64,000 nucleotides of DNA from contig NW_026262615.1 of the NCBI RefSeq assembly GCF_021869535.1, forward strand, positions 16,368,001 to 16,432,000. The letters are read 5' to 3'. Under the pieces are notes generated by a model. That model did no database searches and was not told the DNA's origin. It saw only the letters and a list, made by a program, of their open reading frames with translations. Made by a program: the position numbers and the translations under genes. Within the stretch, counting starts at the first letter, position 1. Every line of letters starts with the position of its first letter. Positions 51,592 to 64,000 of this stretch are shown here, piece by piece. The stretch is from Mytilus californianus. Lineage: Eukaryota.

Positions 51592-53601
51592 GATGTATGT
51601 GAAGTTAGCAGCCGGTTCGTTATTCGATATTCGATATTCAATATCCAACCGGCTGCTAGCAGTCGGTTCGATATTCAAATTTTGTTGAAAATCATAAAAA
51701 AAATAAATACTTGATAACATTGATAGTATGATTTTCATAGTTAAGAGGACTAATAAATTACGTAGGAAATCGTTTAATGACCCCTTCTCGCTGTCCTCGA
51801 ATGTAATCCCTTTTGTAAGTTACATATTTGTCTTTATGTACAATAGATTTTTATCAATAAAACGACTTCAAAGATGTTATTCTATATATGATATTTCTTA
51901 AAACAAAAAGAAAAACCGATCTCTAGAAAAATTTAGAAATATAATTAAAAATATTTATGGAAAGCCCAAAAACGAAATACAGATATCTACGGAGGGCTTA
52001 GATTGTCACTTTTCAGCTAAAAATTGTCAAAATTTCAGGACAAAGGGCACAGGGCAATGATGAGAGCCCCCTGATCTCTCAATCTTTCTAATGTTATGCA
52101 GACATTTAGTTTTATATATAGAGAGTCTTTGATTTAGTTGAATTTTATGGACATTGAAAGACCAGGGGGTCGCACTCTCATTGAAGCGGTCTCAGGTAGG
52201 TTTTCACTATATATTTTGAATATCAAACTGGCACTTTAGGCCCTCCGTAAATATAGAAAACAGGAAGTTTACCCAAATTCCTTTTAGTCACGTTTATATC
52301 TACCTATTAACTAAATGTCTGCATAATATTAGAAAGATTGAGAGGGCAGAGGGCCTTCACCATTGCCCTGTGCCCTTTGTCCTGAAATTTTGACATTTTT
52401 TAGCTGAAAAGTGACAATCTAAGCCCTCCGTAGATATCGAAGATGACATTACTCTAGGAAATACTTCTGATACAACCTTTATATTTACAGAGTCTTTGAT
52501 TTAGTTGAATTTTATGGACAGTGAAAGACCAGGGGTGTCTCACTCTCATTTAAGCGGTCTCAGATAGGTTTTCACTATATATTTTGAATGTCAAACTGGC
52601 ACTTTGGGCCCTCCGTAAATATAGAAGACAGGAAGTTTTCCCAAATTCCTTTTAGTCACGTTTGTATCTACCTATTTACTAAATGTCTGCATAATATTAG
52701 AAAGATTGGTATCAGGGGGCTCTTGCCATTGCCCTGTGCGCTTTGTCCTGAAATTTTGACATTTTTAAGCTGAAAAGTGACAATCTAAGCCCTCCGTACA
52801 TGTAGATATCGAAGATGACATTATTCTGGGAAATGCTTCTGATACAACCTTTATATGTACAGAGTCTTTGATTAAGTTGAATTTTATGGACGTTGAAAGA
52901 CCAGGGGGTCTCACCCTCATTTAAGCGGTCTCAGGTAGGTTTTCACTATATATTTTGAATTTCAAACTGGCACTTTGGGCCCTCCGTAAATTTAGAAGAC
53001 AGGAAGTTTACCCAAATTCCTTTTAGTCACGTTTATATCTACCTATTAACTAAATGTCCGCATAATATTAGAAAGATTGAGAGATCAGGGGGCTCTCACC
53101 ATTGCCCTGTGCCCTTTGTCCTGAACTTATGACAATTTTTAGCTGAAAAGTGACAATCTTAGCCCTCCGTAGATATCCGTATTTCGTTTTTGGGCTTTCC
53201 ATAAATATTTTTAATTATATTTCTAAATTTTTCTAGATTTATAGTCTTTTCTTTTTGTTTTAAGAAATATCATATATAGAATAACATCTTTGAAGTCGTT
53301 TTATTGATAAAAATCTATTGTACATGAAGACACATATGCAACTTACAAAAGGGTTAATATTTGAGGACAACGAGAATTAACGATAGAGAGAATTTACGAC
53401 AGTTTGAAGGGGTCATTAAACGATTTCCTACGTAATTTATTAGTCCTCTTAACTATGAAAATCATACTATTAATGTTATCAAGTATTTATTTTTTTTATG
53501 ATTTTCAACTAAATTTGAATATCGAACCGACTTCTAGCAGCCGGTTGGATATTGAATATTGAATATCGAATAACGAACCGGCTGCTAACTTCACATACAT
53601 C
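51592..53601. mobile_element. Foldback-like element: ~520-550-bp TIRs enclosing three ~370-bp tandem units
   Basis: 51592-52109 is the reverse complement of ~53050-53601 (termini gatgtatgtgaagttagcagccgg / ccggctgctaacttcacatacatc). Internal units start at 52122, 52489, 52861. Confidence 0.85.
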
Positions 53602-53618
53602 AGTGTACATCGTGTTAA

Positions 53619-54240
53619 AGGTCATACGATACAGTTTTGATCCCAACGGTGATTTTTTTACGACAATTTCCATACACGCTAATTCATACCTAGTTAATTC
53701 AAATATGTAAGGAAAACATACCTTCATGTGCTACTTTTAGAGATAAATGGGTTCGAAATTTTAGACATTTGCTCAAAATTTCGGTTTCTTGGAAATTTAC
53801 ATCCTTTTGAGAGACATATCTAACTTTTTTATTTCAAAAGAAAGCGAGTTTTTGTAAACGCATTTGGAATGTCTTCTTTAAATAAATGTTCTCTGAATTT
53901 ATGTAACATTTTTTGTAAATAGTTCATTTTAATTAAATTTTCATGATTTTGGAAAAAAAGTAGTCAATTTTTGCTATATGTTTATATAATTTAAAAAAAA
54001 TATACATCGGTCATTTGTCCATAAAAATTGGTACAAATAATCTTCATACATGTATATAATCAAGCTAAAAGCCATTTCAAAAAAGAGGGTCCATATACTC
54101 GTTTTCAAGCTTATTATTAAAATCAGTCAACAAATGCATATTTTCCCAACATGTCACAGTTTGACGTCTCGAACAAAAATCATTTTACGTTAGCAACATC
54201 ATTATTTCCCCTGTTAAATGTATCGATGTATCGTATGCTC
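53619..54240. mobile_element. Kolobok-like MITE, TTAA-flanked
   Basis: ttaa|aggtcatacgataca ... tgtatcgtatgctc|ttaa (imperfect TIR). Confidence 0.55.
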
Positions 54241-54879
54241 TTAATTGCAGATTTGGAGTTACTCTCAGATGAATTTAATGTCAGCTAGTTTGGCTAAATC
54301 CGTGACGATTTAGAGCTTTATATACGGTATAAACAAATTGCAATCCCAGAGGAATGTCTAATGCCCAAGCATGTCTTTGTGAGTTTACTGTGATGTTGGA
54401 TTGCTGAGTCATTGACATTTTACATCCATCTCCATATATTCGTATGTTCTTATTTTCAAATGTCCTTAAAATCAACTTCATATCATAATCAGTAAATCAT
54501 ATTGTTAAATAGAAATGAAAGGAATTCAATGGGACAGTAACCGAATAATAGAAATTCACAAAAACATTCTTTAAGATAGAAGGTTTCTGCGTGTGCGATT
54601 AAAGCACATTATATTATGTTTTCCCAAATATTCATGGTTATAACGGTTATTGTACCACTACAAACACTGCAACAATGGATTTACAAATTAGGTGCAGAAA
54701 GAGGCTCGGAAGATATCAAAAACTCATTAGTGGAAGGGAAACTGACAGCGCCATGGGGAAAAATAACAGCGAAATTTATTAGTAAAAAAAAAGACTGGTT
54801 GGAAGGATAATTTGACCGGTTCGGGTAATGTTTCTTCTTGACAACTACTAACTGGTAAAAATAACGTTAAAATACGGCT

Positions 54880-55800
54880 CAGCGTGTTGGTCTAGTGCAC
54901 AAAGCATGGTTCATATTTATACCTTACTCGCCCCGAAAGCGTGTCGGTCTAGTGCACAAAGCATGGTTCATATTTATACCTTACTCGTCCGGAAAGCGTG
55001 TCGGTCTAGTACACCAAGCATGGTTCATATTTATATCTTACTCGCCCCGAAAGCGTGTCGGTCTAGTACACCAAGCATGGTTCATATTGATATCTTACTC
55101 GCCCCGAAAGCGTGTCGGTCTAGTACACCAAGCATGGTTTATATTTATATCTTATACTCGCCCCGAAAGCGTGTCGGTGTAGTACACCAAGCATGGTTCA
55201 TATTTATACCTTACTCGTCCGGAAAGCGTGTCGGGCTAGTACACCAAGCATGGTTCATATTTATACCTTACTCGTCCGGAAAGCGTGTGGGGCTAGTACG
55301 CAAAGCATGTTCAGCTTTAATATATCTTACTCGCCCCGAAAGCGTGTCGGTCTAGTACACCAAGCATGGTTCATATTTATATTACTCGCCACGAAAGCGT
55401 GTCGGTCTAGTTCACCAAACATGGTTCATATTTATATCTTAATCACTCGCCCGAAAGCGTGTCGGTCTAGTACACCAAGCATGGTTCATATTTATATCTT
55501 ACTCGCCCCGAAAGCGTGTCGGTCTAGTTCACCAAACATGGTTCATATTTATATCTTAATCACTCGCCCGAAAGCGTGTCGGTCTAGTACACCAAGCATG
55601 GTTCATATTTATATCTTACTCGCCCCGAAAGCGTGTCGGTCTAGTACACAAGGCATGGTTCATATTTATATCTTACTCGCTTTGAAAGCGTGTCGATCAA
55701 GTACACATAACATGGTTCATATTTGTATCTTACTCATTACGTTCTCGTCCGGATATGCATGAAATATTTGCAACTGGACGAAAAATACAAACCAATCCAT
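54880..55800 (+). repeat. ~57-60-bp minisatellite (~15 copies) ending in a SINE-like 3' tail
   Basis: Unit gaaagcgtgtcggtctagtacaccaagcatggttcatatttatatcttactcgcccc. It is followed by cgttctcgtccggatatgcatgaaatatttgcaactggacg, which resembles a common bivalve SINE tail. Confidence 0.88.
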
Positions 55801-56071
55801 CTATGCCTCAGGTTTCTGTTAACTTTGTGACTATTTAACTATTCATGGAACACTTTCTTTTCGTAAGAAAACAACTGTTCACTTTCAAATTCAGTTGCAA
55901 CTGTTCACCGTAATCAGTAAACATTAATGAGTATAAGTATAAATTCCCCATCAGAAATGCGATTTAAATAGAAGAAATATCAAGACTATGATGCTCTTAA
56001 CACAGGAGTTTGTGAACAGGATGCCCTGTGGGTGCACCTGAGTTGTAGTACCCCGAATGACTCTCCCCCTC

Positions 56072-56102
<31 letters not shown>

Positions 56103-57079
56103 AACAAAACCCTTCCCCTCGATCCAATCTGATTTGTTAGCAATTTGAAAAAAAGCTTTTGTTCTTTTTTTATAGATATGATATAACACACAACTAGTTC
56201 CATACACAAGAATTATCAGAGAGATATAACTAGTTCCATACAAAAGAATTATCAGAGAAATATACACTTTATGAATTTATCTTTACGAATAAACCTAACG
56301 AATTGACCATTTGGATAAACACAAAAAGGTGACAATTTATTTACATGTTACCGTGCTTTAACATTTGAATATATATATAGTTTCCCCCTTAAATTGCAGG
56401 AGATAATATGAAAGGGCAGATAACTTAATCACATCTGAATAAGTTACCCCCTTCAGAATTCGCCGTTTAAGAATCACAAATATATATATACATGTATGGA
56501 TAATTTCATGATGTGATCGGTCTATGATCTTACTTTTTACTGCCACAGGCTTAGCGGAGAAATCGTAAATACAAATGTTTAAGTCTTTGGTTTGACCTAG
56601 GCGAAATACATGGGCACCCGCACTCGAGAAAAGCAGCCTACTATGAGACTACCGGGGCGGTCCTAGACGTACAGAGAAAATAGCATAAAATAAATTAAAA
56701 AAAAAAAATAAAATAATAAAATAATAAAAACATGCCATACGAATTAAAACAAAATAATAACAAAGAAAAACAATAGTAAAAATTCCTTAAAGTGACAAGC
56801 ATACAACACCCCTCCTCTCCCCAAAGAAAATTAATACAAAAAATAAAAACAAAAACAAAAAACAAATTAAAAGCACACACATATCTGTACTATTATATTC
56901 TAGGAGTCGACCCTTCTATTTCCCTTTTTTATTGCAATAATTTTGCGAAATAGGTTTTGTTTGTCAGGGGGATCCACCCATCTATTGTTAAGCTTCCTCT
57001 TATCTTATTTTATTTCCGATGAAGTTTTTTTCTCTCAAAAATCGAACTAATACTTGGTTGTTGCTACTTGTGGACTGTC

Positions 57080-57700
57080 ATTCCAAAAAAGGATCACTCC
57101 GCGGTAGATAGTGCATCGGTACAGAGGACTGTCTTTCAAAAAGGGATCACTCCGCGGTAGATAGTGCATCGATACAGAGGACTGCCATTCAAAAAGGGAT
57201 AACCTCCGCGGTAGATAGTGCTTCGGTATAGAGGACTGATCAGGACTGTCATTCCATAAGAGATCATCTCCATGGTAGATAGTGCTTCGGTAAAGAGGAT
57301 TGTCGTTAACAAAGGGATCATCTTCGCGGTAGATAGTGCTTTGTTACAAGGAACTTTTATTTCAAATGGCAGTGTCGGATCCAGGGGGGAGGGGGTCCGA
57401 GGGTTGTAACACCCTTTCTTTTTGACGATCAATGCTTTTGAATGGGACCATATAGTTGGAACCCCCCTTTTAAAAATGGCTGGATCCGCTCCTGAAAGGG
57501 ATCATCTAGCGGTAGATCGTGCTTCGGTACAGAAGACTGTCATTCTAAAAGGGATCATCTACGCGGTAGATAGTGGTACTTCGGTACATGGGACTGTCTT
57601 CCCAAAAAGGGATCACCTCAGCGGTAGATAGTGCTTCGGTATAGAGGACTGTCATTCCAAAAGGGATCATCTCCGTGGTAGATAGTGCTTCGGTATAGAC
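57080..57700. repeat. ~54-bp minisatellite (9 copies) interrupted by a MITE at ~57365-57495
   Basis: Unit ctgtcattccaaaagggatca(c/t)ctccgcggtagatagtgcttcggta(c/t)agagga. Confidence 0.85.
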
Positions 57701-58299
57701 AAGATTAACATTAAACTTTTTGTTTTTCCAATATGAGTTTATAAATAACGTAGTTATATTAATAGATATATAATAAATAAAGTTAACCTAGCTTATTTTA
57801 ATTGTTCTGGATCGGTTCAGTTTATTTACGATCTTGAAAGTTTTGTATCAAAAAGTAAAATAATAAAAATACCGAAGGATAATTCAAAACGAAATGTCCT
57901 TTATCAAATGGAAAAATCAAAAGCTCAAACACATCAAACGAAAGGAAAACAACTGTCATATTCCGGACTTGGTACAGGCATTTCCTTATGAAGAAAATGT
58001 TGGATTAAACCTGGTCTTATAGCTAGATAAACCTCTCACTTGTATGTTAGTCGCATAGAATTCCATTGCATTGACAACAATGTGTGAGCAAAACAAACAG
58101 ACATAATGAGTAAAAGATTTGGATATAGCAGTCAACATTGTGTTATATAATCTTAATCACCACAAAAACAAATAACTATTTCAACAAAGAAAAACAAAAT
58201 GGCATATAGACACTCTATAGACAAAGTGCATAAGCAAAATTGGATGACAAGAATACAACAAAGTCCATAGCACAATAAGATAATGGCGGAATGTATAAA

Positions 58300-58760
58300 T
58301 ACCAAGCATCGTCTCGTTTGTTATAGATTCTGGTACTGAGATGAACGCTTATGTAAATAACGATGTATTGTTCGTCTGTTGTTTCTTTAATTTCTAGTTC
58401 TGGAGAATATGTTAATGAAACCAAATCAGAAACGTTTGGATTGTTAGTGGAGAGAACATCATCAATATATTTGAGTGTGAAATTAAATTATCTAGCTTCT
58501 TTGATCTTTTTTGCTTTAGACAAGTGTCTGAAGGAACTCCGACTCATATGAAAATAAGAAGTGGTCGGCAAGGAAAGGCTCACAGTTCTTTCCCATAGGA
58601 ATGCCGACAATTTGTTGAAAAAATCTACCTCCGAATTCAACAAATTTGTTGTCAGTAAGAAACTCCAGCATACTGATCATTTGTTCCTCTTTGTAGAGTT
58701 CATAGAATATGTTACAAGTGCGTATTTATTTAAAATGCATTTCCATAAGGTACTAACGGT
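58300..58760 (-). mobile_element. Penelope-like RT relic
   Basis: MISMLEFLTDNKFVEFGGRFFQQIVGIPMGKNCEPFLADHFLFSYESEF...FTLKYIDDVLS...YSPELEIKETTD. Confidence 0.82.
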
Positions 58761-58864
58761 GCTTAAAATATAGTACTAGTACTTGATTTATAAACAAAAG
58801 TAAAACTAACAATATTTTTCTAAAGGAAAAACATGGTTTTCAATATCTGTTACTTTGTGAAACA

Positions 58865-59620
58865 AATATATCCCATCAAACTGGAAATAAAGGATATATT
58901 AAACACAATTAATAAAATTGAGAATGGAAATGGGGAATGTGTCAAAGAGACAACAACCCGACCATAGAACAGACAACAGCAGAAGGTCACCAACAGGTCT
59001 TCAATGCAGCGAGAAATTCCCGCACCCGGAGGCGTCCTTCAGCTGGCCCCTAAACAAATATATATACTAGTTCAGTGATAATGAACGCCATACTAAACTC
59101 CAAATTGTACACAAGAAACTAAAATTAAAAATAATACAAGACTTACAAAGGCTAGAGGCTCCTGACTTGGGACAGGCGCAAAAATGCGGCGGGGTTAAAC
59201 ATGTTTATGAGATCTCAACCCTCCCCCTATACCTTTAGCCTCTTAAGTCTACATCAAATCTTGAAATACATATATCTTGACAATGAGGGTCAATCGAGAA
59301 CAAAACTTTACGACAGAAAGGAATGATTTCAGCTTTCCGATTGGAAACTTTCCTTTCCTATGTAGCAATATTTCAGCAGCGCTTGCATATGGAGTATATA
59401 TCTCCATGTTGCTGACACAATATTTCAGCGATTGCATTTCTTATCCAGCTTTCCTTGATAGGGGTTACTGACTATAAGTGAGCTATTGTACAAAGGGTTC
59501 CAAGTGGTCAAGTGGAAGGCATCCCCTCGAAAAGTTTTATGGACACACCACAAGTAAGTTGATCGGTATGGGATATCTTTGTTACAGATGACCACGCATA
59601 TGTTCCAATATGTTGTACTA
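58865..59620 (+). mobile_element. Penelope-like RT thumb relic, split by a young 330-bp repeat (58911-59240)
   Basis: IYPIKLEIKD before the insertion, and DNEGQ..TKLYDRRNDFSFPIGNFPFLCSNISAALAYGVYIS after it. Confidence 0.75.
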
Positions 59621-60648
59621 ACCATAATCCCGTCCTCTTTTCCTCGATTGAATATGATATCACCAAAATGAGACTCATCACCAAATTTGAACTAACCTTG
59701 AGCAACACGACGGATGCCACCATTGGAGCACGATCTGCGTATCCTTCCGAAGCATCTGAGAACACCCCTTATTTTTGGCGATGTTCGCGTTACTTAGTGT
59801 TTAGTTTTACACGTTTTTTCTATACGTCGACTTTCGTTTTTGCTAGGTATTGTCATTTATCTCGACTTAGGAGTTTTGAATGTCCCCCTGGTATCTTCCG
59901 CCTCTTATTTTTTTAGTTTTAGTTATTTTTTTTCAGCAAAAAAGTATCTGCACCAAAAGCTGAAAAAAATTTATGACTGTCTCTATACTCAATTAAAACA
60001 TTTCTTTTCTGGATTTACCTCCACCAGGAACGTTCAACCTAAAAAATCTGAAAAGTCAACGATGAACAAATAAGTAGAAACGTTAGGAGCTACATGTCCT
60101 AAAAGGGACCATAAAAGATAGCCAAATTCATATATGGTCCGTTTTGGGGATAATTTCCTAATTTATTAACAGCGAATTTAAGATAAGTATGGTATAAATC
60201 AGGTCAGGTGCGAGTTACTGATATTTGGCTGACGAACTCTGGGACTAACAAACAGTCCACCTGCTTACTGTAAACCAACATATTTTCAGTAATACCTTTT
60301 TTCGCGTTAAGCCCTTTCTAGACCCCTTCGCAGCAATTTAATTTCGCGGTTTTCAAATTTACTTGATGTATTTTTAAAAATCGGAGAAGATTCTAGTTTA
60401 ACACATACGAGACTATTTAAATTTTTTACTCGCGAAAGTGGCGAAAAATAAATCGCTTGTGAAAATAAGTTGGTTAACAGTATTCGATATTTTATCTGCC
60501 GATAGTTATTGATTGTAAATTTAAAAGAAAAATTGATTAAAGCTTTATTATTTAAAAGAAATAACAAGACCGAAACAGGGGGTTTGTAGAACGTCACAAT
60601 TGGAATACACCCATAGAAGAATAGGTACAAATATGATTCTGTGTAAGT

Positions 60649-63600
60649 CTACTTGGGACACGCCATCCACGTATAGACAACATTGTAGGTAATCGAGTTG
60701 GCCCAGGAAGTAATTTTCAATACGAATCCATGTCTGGACAGATGGTGTACAGTCGTACGTATCCTCACATTCTTTTTCCTGTAGGTATCCAATGAGGTCA
60801 TTCCAACCACTAAAGCCGGTGTCCTGTAGAAAGGTCCATGAAAAGGTATGTACTGAACTCGACTTTTATTTCGTTTACCTGAATACCCAAGCTGTGCAGT
60901 TCCAGATTTACCTACAAGCAGTAAAAGAAAATGCTAAACATTTATCAAAGTGAAAAATAATTTTAGAGCCTCCTCATGGGGTTTTTGATCATGTGATTAC
61001 TTGGCCGTTTTCATAGTAATTATTTGATTACCAGGGTAAATATTTCATGATTATTTGATTATTAGATAATCTAGGACTGTATTTTTTATTATTTGATTAT
61101 CTTCTTTAAAAAAAATAATTAATGAGTATGTGATTATATTGGCAAAAAATTGATTATGTGATTATGTGATTACTTGGACACCCCCATGAGGGACCTCATT
61201 TTACGGCGGACTATTTTAAATTGGTAATCAATTGCAAATCAACTAAATTTGATTGATTTCAGTCAACGCTACAGTCGCTACTGTTGCAGCTGGTGCAGTT
61301 ATATTGTAACAGCTGAAGACATTTCAAGAAATATATTAGTGACCTCAAACAGGGATTTAACAGCATTCATTTAATACTATTAGTAACGGGCCATCTTCAT
61401 TGTTGGTATGGTCAGAGTATGTAAATTTCGAAATATTGTTTTTTTGTTTCACTAAAAAGACCAAAATCAGATTAAATATAGCTTGGAACTTAAAATAAAC
61501 TCATCATAGATACAATTAGACAGTTTATGAGATTATTTTGGTAATGAGAAATGAATATTTATAATATACCATAAGCAGTTTTGTTGGATAATTGGTACAT
61601 TTCATTAGTCAATGAAGATGTAATTTTTCTCATACAAAATAAGGTCCGCCTTCATCACCGTTAACAAAATGATATAAAACTGAAAAGGATGATACCAAAT
61701 CATTCATATATTTTAAAAACATGGAACCTCCTCAAGTATTTGCAGAGTATTTCGAATACTAAGATTAGGACATGGAATAGAAGTATGCAAATGTATCGTC
61801 ATGTAAGACGAGAAATATAGTCATGCCAGATGGGAGTAATATAACCTTCAAAGTTTATTGAGTATTTCCAGTATAAAATTAAAAAATATTTCAGTATTAA
61901 CTATACAGAGGACATGTGAAGCATGCAATGTTTTTCAAGTGAAAAATTGCAAGCATCAACTTTTTAAAAGATGTACGAATATACATCCGGTTTGTTGACC
62001 TTTATAAATTCGTTATATCAATATTGTCTGTTTTGAACCATCAGTATCCAATATATAATGGTAGATTAACAGACTAAAGAATGTCGACTACGGGTCGGGG
62101 ATATGCTTCAAATCGAGTGGAAATCTGCCTTAACACGCTACTTGTGAAAGACTTTCCTGCGATTACATGTAAGCTCGTGAAAAGAATATGTAATTCACCA
62201 TCCTGAAATTGTGCGTTTCTGGCGAATAAATTCCTAAGAATCGTAAAATAATGTCAAATACGCGGAAAAGACCATACTAATTAAGATTGTACTCGATTTT
62301 AACAGATTTACATATATTTTATGTATCAGTGTTATATGCCATCGACACAAAAACTTTTCAAAACAAAAGTACAGTTATTTATAAAAGCCAGACAAGGGAT
62401 GATATATGGTAGAAAATAACCAGTTATCACAATTTTGGAATGTCATATGAACACAAATAAAAATCAGTCATTTTTTGGAATATATTTCTGTTAATAGAAT
62501 ATAGAAACCACACAGTTGCATTGCGAATGGAAATAACTGTGGCAACTACAGCATAATACATATTAAATGTAAAAAGAACTGTCTCATCAGACCAGACAGA
62601 TTCGATATTTTTCATTTCTACCATGAATTTAACTGTAAAGTGTAGACAAATTGAAAGCTTTGATACTACTGCAAAATTGTAATTGAATATTTTGTAGTAG
62701 ATCTTTATAACTTTTCAGAATCAACATCTGACTTACATCATTGGTTGAATATAAGTCATCAAAATATTTTCCCAGAATGTTTAAAATGACTGACCTGTCT
62801 ATAAACTGCAATTTTAGTTGTATTATTTTTCACTGTGAAGGTGCACAATACAACACATCACTTGTATTTCCAAATATACTTTCTCAATCTTTTTTTATGC
62901 CTTAATATCTTATTCAAACGACACAAGCACACACCATCCACATAAATACTATGTTCATATGCCGGATAGCAGAAAGAGGATAATTCAGTTTTGATACCTA
63001 TAAAATATTTTCATGATTTTGTAAAGTTTTCTTGGTGAAAAATTCTTTATTTTATTTTTTTTTCGTTTTCAGATAACGTTTATGATGCCGCAATATAATT
63101 ATGCGTAATTGATCATAATTATGCAATAAATGGACCGGTTGATTTCAATCAATAAACAGAAGAAATTATTAATACAAATACTAACTAACGTATACTTTAA
63201 ATGCAAACAAACGTAACAGATGAATACTCACAACGGTTACCATGGTGATGGCCATATCGTTGGACTGAAATAAATTTAAAAATCTAATTTTAATGCACAT
63301 ATTATGCTACTATATTTAAGCATTCAATTAAATTGGATGAAGGAAAACAAAAAATAATTTATAGTCACACACACACACACACACACACGCACGCACATAT
63401 AATCCAATATAACCATGACCATCATTTATACGTGAACATAAATTGAGAGTAAGCGACCTTTGAAATAGTATCGTCTATGACAAATAAAACAGTGTATGTT
63501 AAACAGAGTGTCTGAGTTCAATTGAAAATAAACTAACCTTTTGTCTTCAACATGGCTACTTCTGATTTCAGGGCCTCAAACTCAATTTCCATTTTACTTT

Positions 63601-63748
63601 TTGACTTCAACTTGGCTACTTCTGATTTTGGAGCCTCAACCTCTTTCTTAATTTCATTGAATGAGGAGGAAGAGGATTCAAACTCTAACTGGCTGGCGCC
63701 AACTGCAGACAAAATGCATACAGTTATACATATTAAGACGAGCTTCAT
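60649..63748 (-). CDS. Secreted H-type lectin (HPA/discoidin-like domain) with coiled-coil neck, 157 aa, 2 coding exons
   Basis: Exon 63748-63538 (MKLVLICITVCILSAVGA signal; EIKKEVEAPKSEVAKLK / EIEFEALKSEVAMLK heptads; donor g|GTTAGT) joins in phase 1 to exon 60911-60649 (acceptor ttgtAG): ...IPFHGPFYRTPALVVGMTSLDTYRKKNVRIRTTVHHLSRHGFVLKITSWANSITYNVVYTWMACPK*. This matches the H-lectin pattern F...F...P.v..g...lD....Ri......gF.....tW.......W.A. The CDS sums to 474 nt. Confidence 0.88.
60972..61191. mobile_element. Small MITE in the lectin intron
   Basis: cctcatgggg ... ccccatgagg termini, with internal atgtgatta repeats. Confidence 0.4.
62629..62770 (-). mobile_element. Penelope-like RT fragment
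   Basis: YSTNDVSQMLILKSYKDLLQNIQLQFCSSIKAFNLSTLYS resembles the PLE motif (SGVNQMWILKNSKDLL...SIKTFDFSTLY). Confidence 0.6.
63365..63395. repeat. (CA)n microsatellite
   Basis: cacacacacacacacacacacacgcacgcac. Confidence 0.9.
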
Positions 63749-64000
63749 TCTGTCAAGCTTCCTAGCCTCACTTACGAAAACTAAACACCTTATACATGTT
63801 ATACATACTTTTATAAACGTTAACCGGAAAATGTTTTTTTTTCTTACAAGTGACTTCGACAAACTGGTAACGTATATGTATAAATGATCAATATTATATA
63901 AAATAAGGCTTCAGGTTTAAACTGGTAGTGGTAGTTTAAACATTACACATACAATATACCCAGAGGACAGACAAATACACAAGAATGGGCAAACAAACAA

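Noticed and set aside
54895-55762. Long repetitive ORFs, and a CRISPR-like appearance of this and the 57080-57700 array
   Set aside because: The units are contiguous tandem repeats with no unique spacers and no cas genes, in a eukaryotic context. The ORFs are repeat translations.
56065-56104. Poly-C/poly-A tract giving poly-Gly ORFs
   Set aside because: Simple homopolymer run.
62427-62624. ORF MVEMKNIESVWSDE... as a LINE endonuclease fragment
   Set aside because: Only vague resemblance, with no catalytic motif retained.
63236-63250. gttaccatggtgat as an X-box
   Set aside because: Mismatches the conserved AAC half-site and is intronic in the lectin gene.

Overview
AT-rich, intron-containing animal genomic DNA; the repeat families suggest a bivalve mollusc, probably Mytilus-like (inference). 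Four host genes were reconstructed by hand. (1) SLC25A51/MCART1 mitochondrial carrier, single coding exon 1145-2083 (-), with an inferred RFX/ETS promoter near 11.6 kb. (2, 3) A head-to-head pair of five-exon, signal-peptide-bearing Spaetzle-like cystine-knot genes (32671-38024 on -, 46039-50583 on +) with identical intron phases; these are largely invisible in the ORF track. (4) A secreted coiled-coil + H-type lectin gene (60649-63748, -). The rest is densely populated by mobile DNA. The most unusual element is a decayed ~6.7-kb non-LTR retrotransposon (RTEX/CR1-like) with three tandem ORFs (SGNH esterase, PHD-ORF1, APE-RT). It carries a 38-nt RNA hairpin with compensatory stem changes after both the esterase and RT stops, and a U-UUU-UUA -1 slippery site at the ORF1/ORF2 overlap. 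Also present: an internally deleted hAT with TIRs and 8-bp TSD, a Transib/RAG-type CAC-terminated element with 5-bp TSD, EnSpm-like, Kolobok-like, 9-bp-TSD and foldback elements, nested Helentron-associated (HINE-like) elements carrying satellites, and several Penelope-like RT relics. All assignments are from manual reading and motif recognition; no database searches were run.
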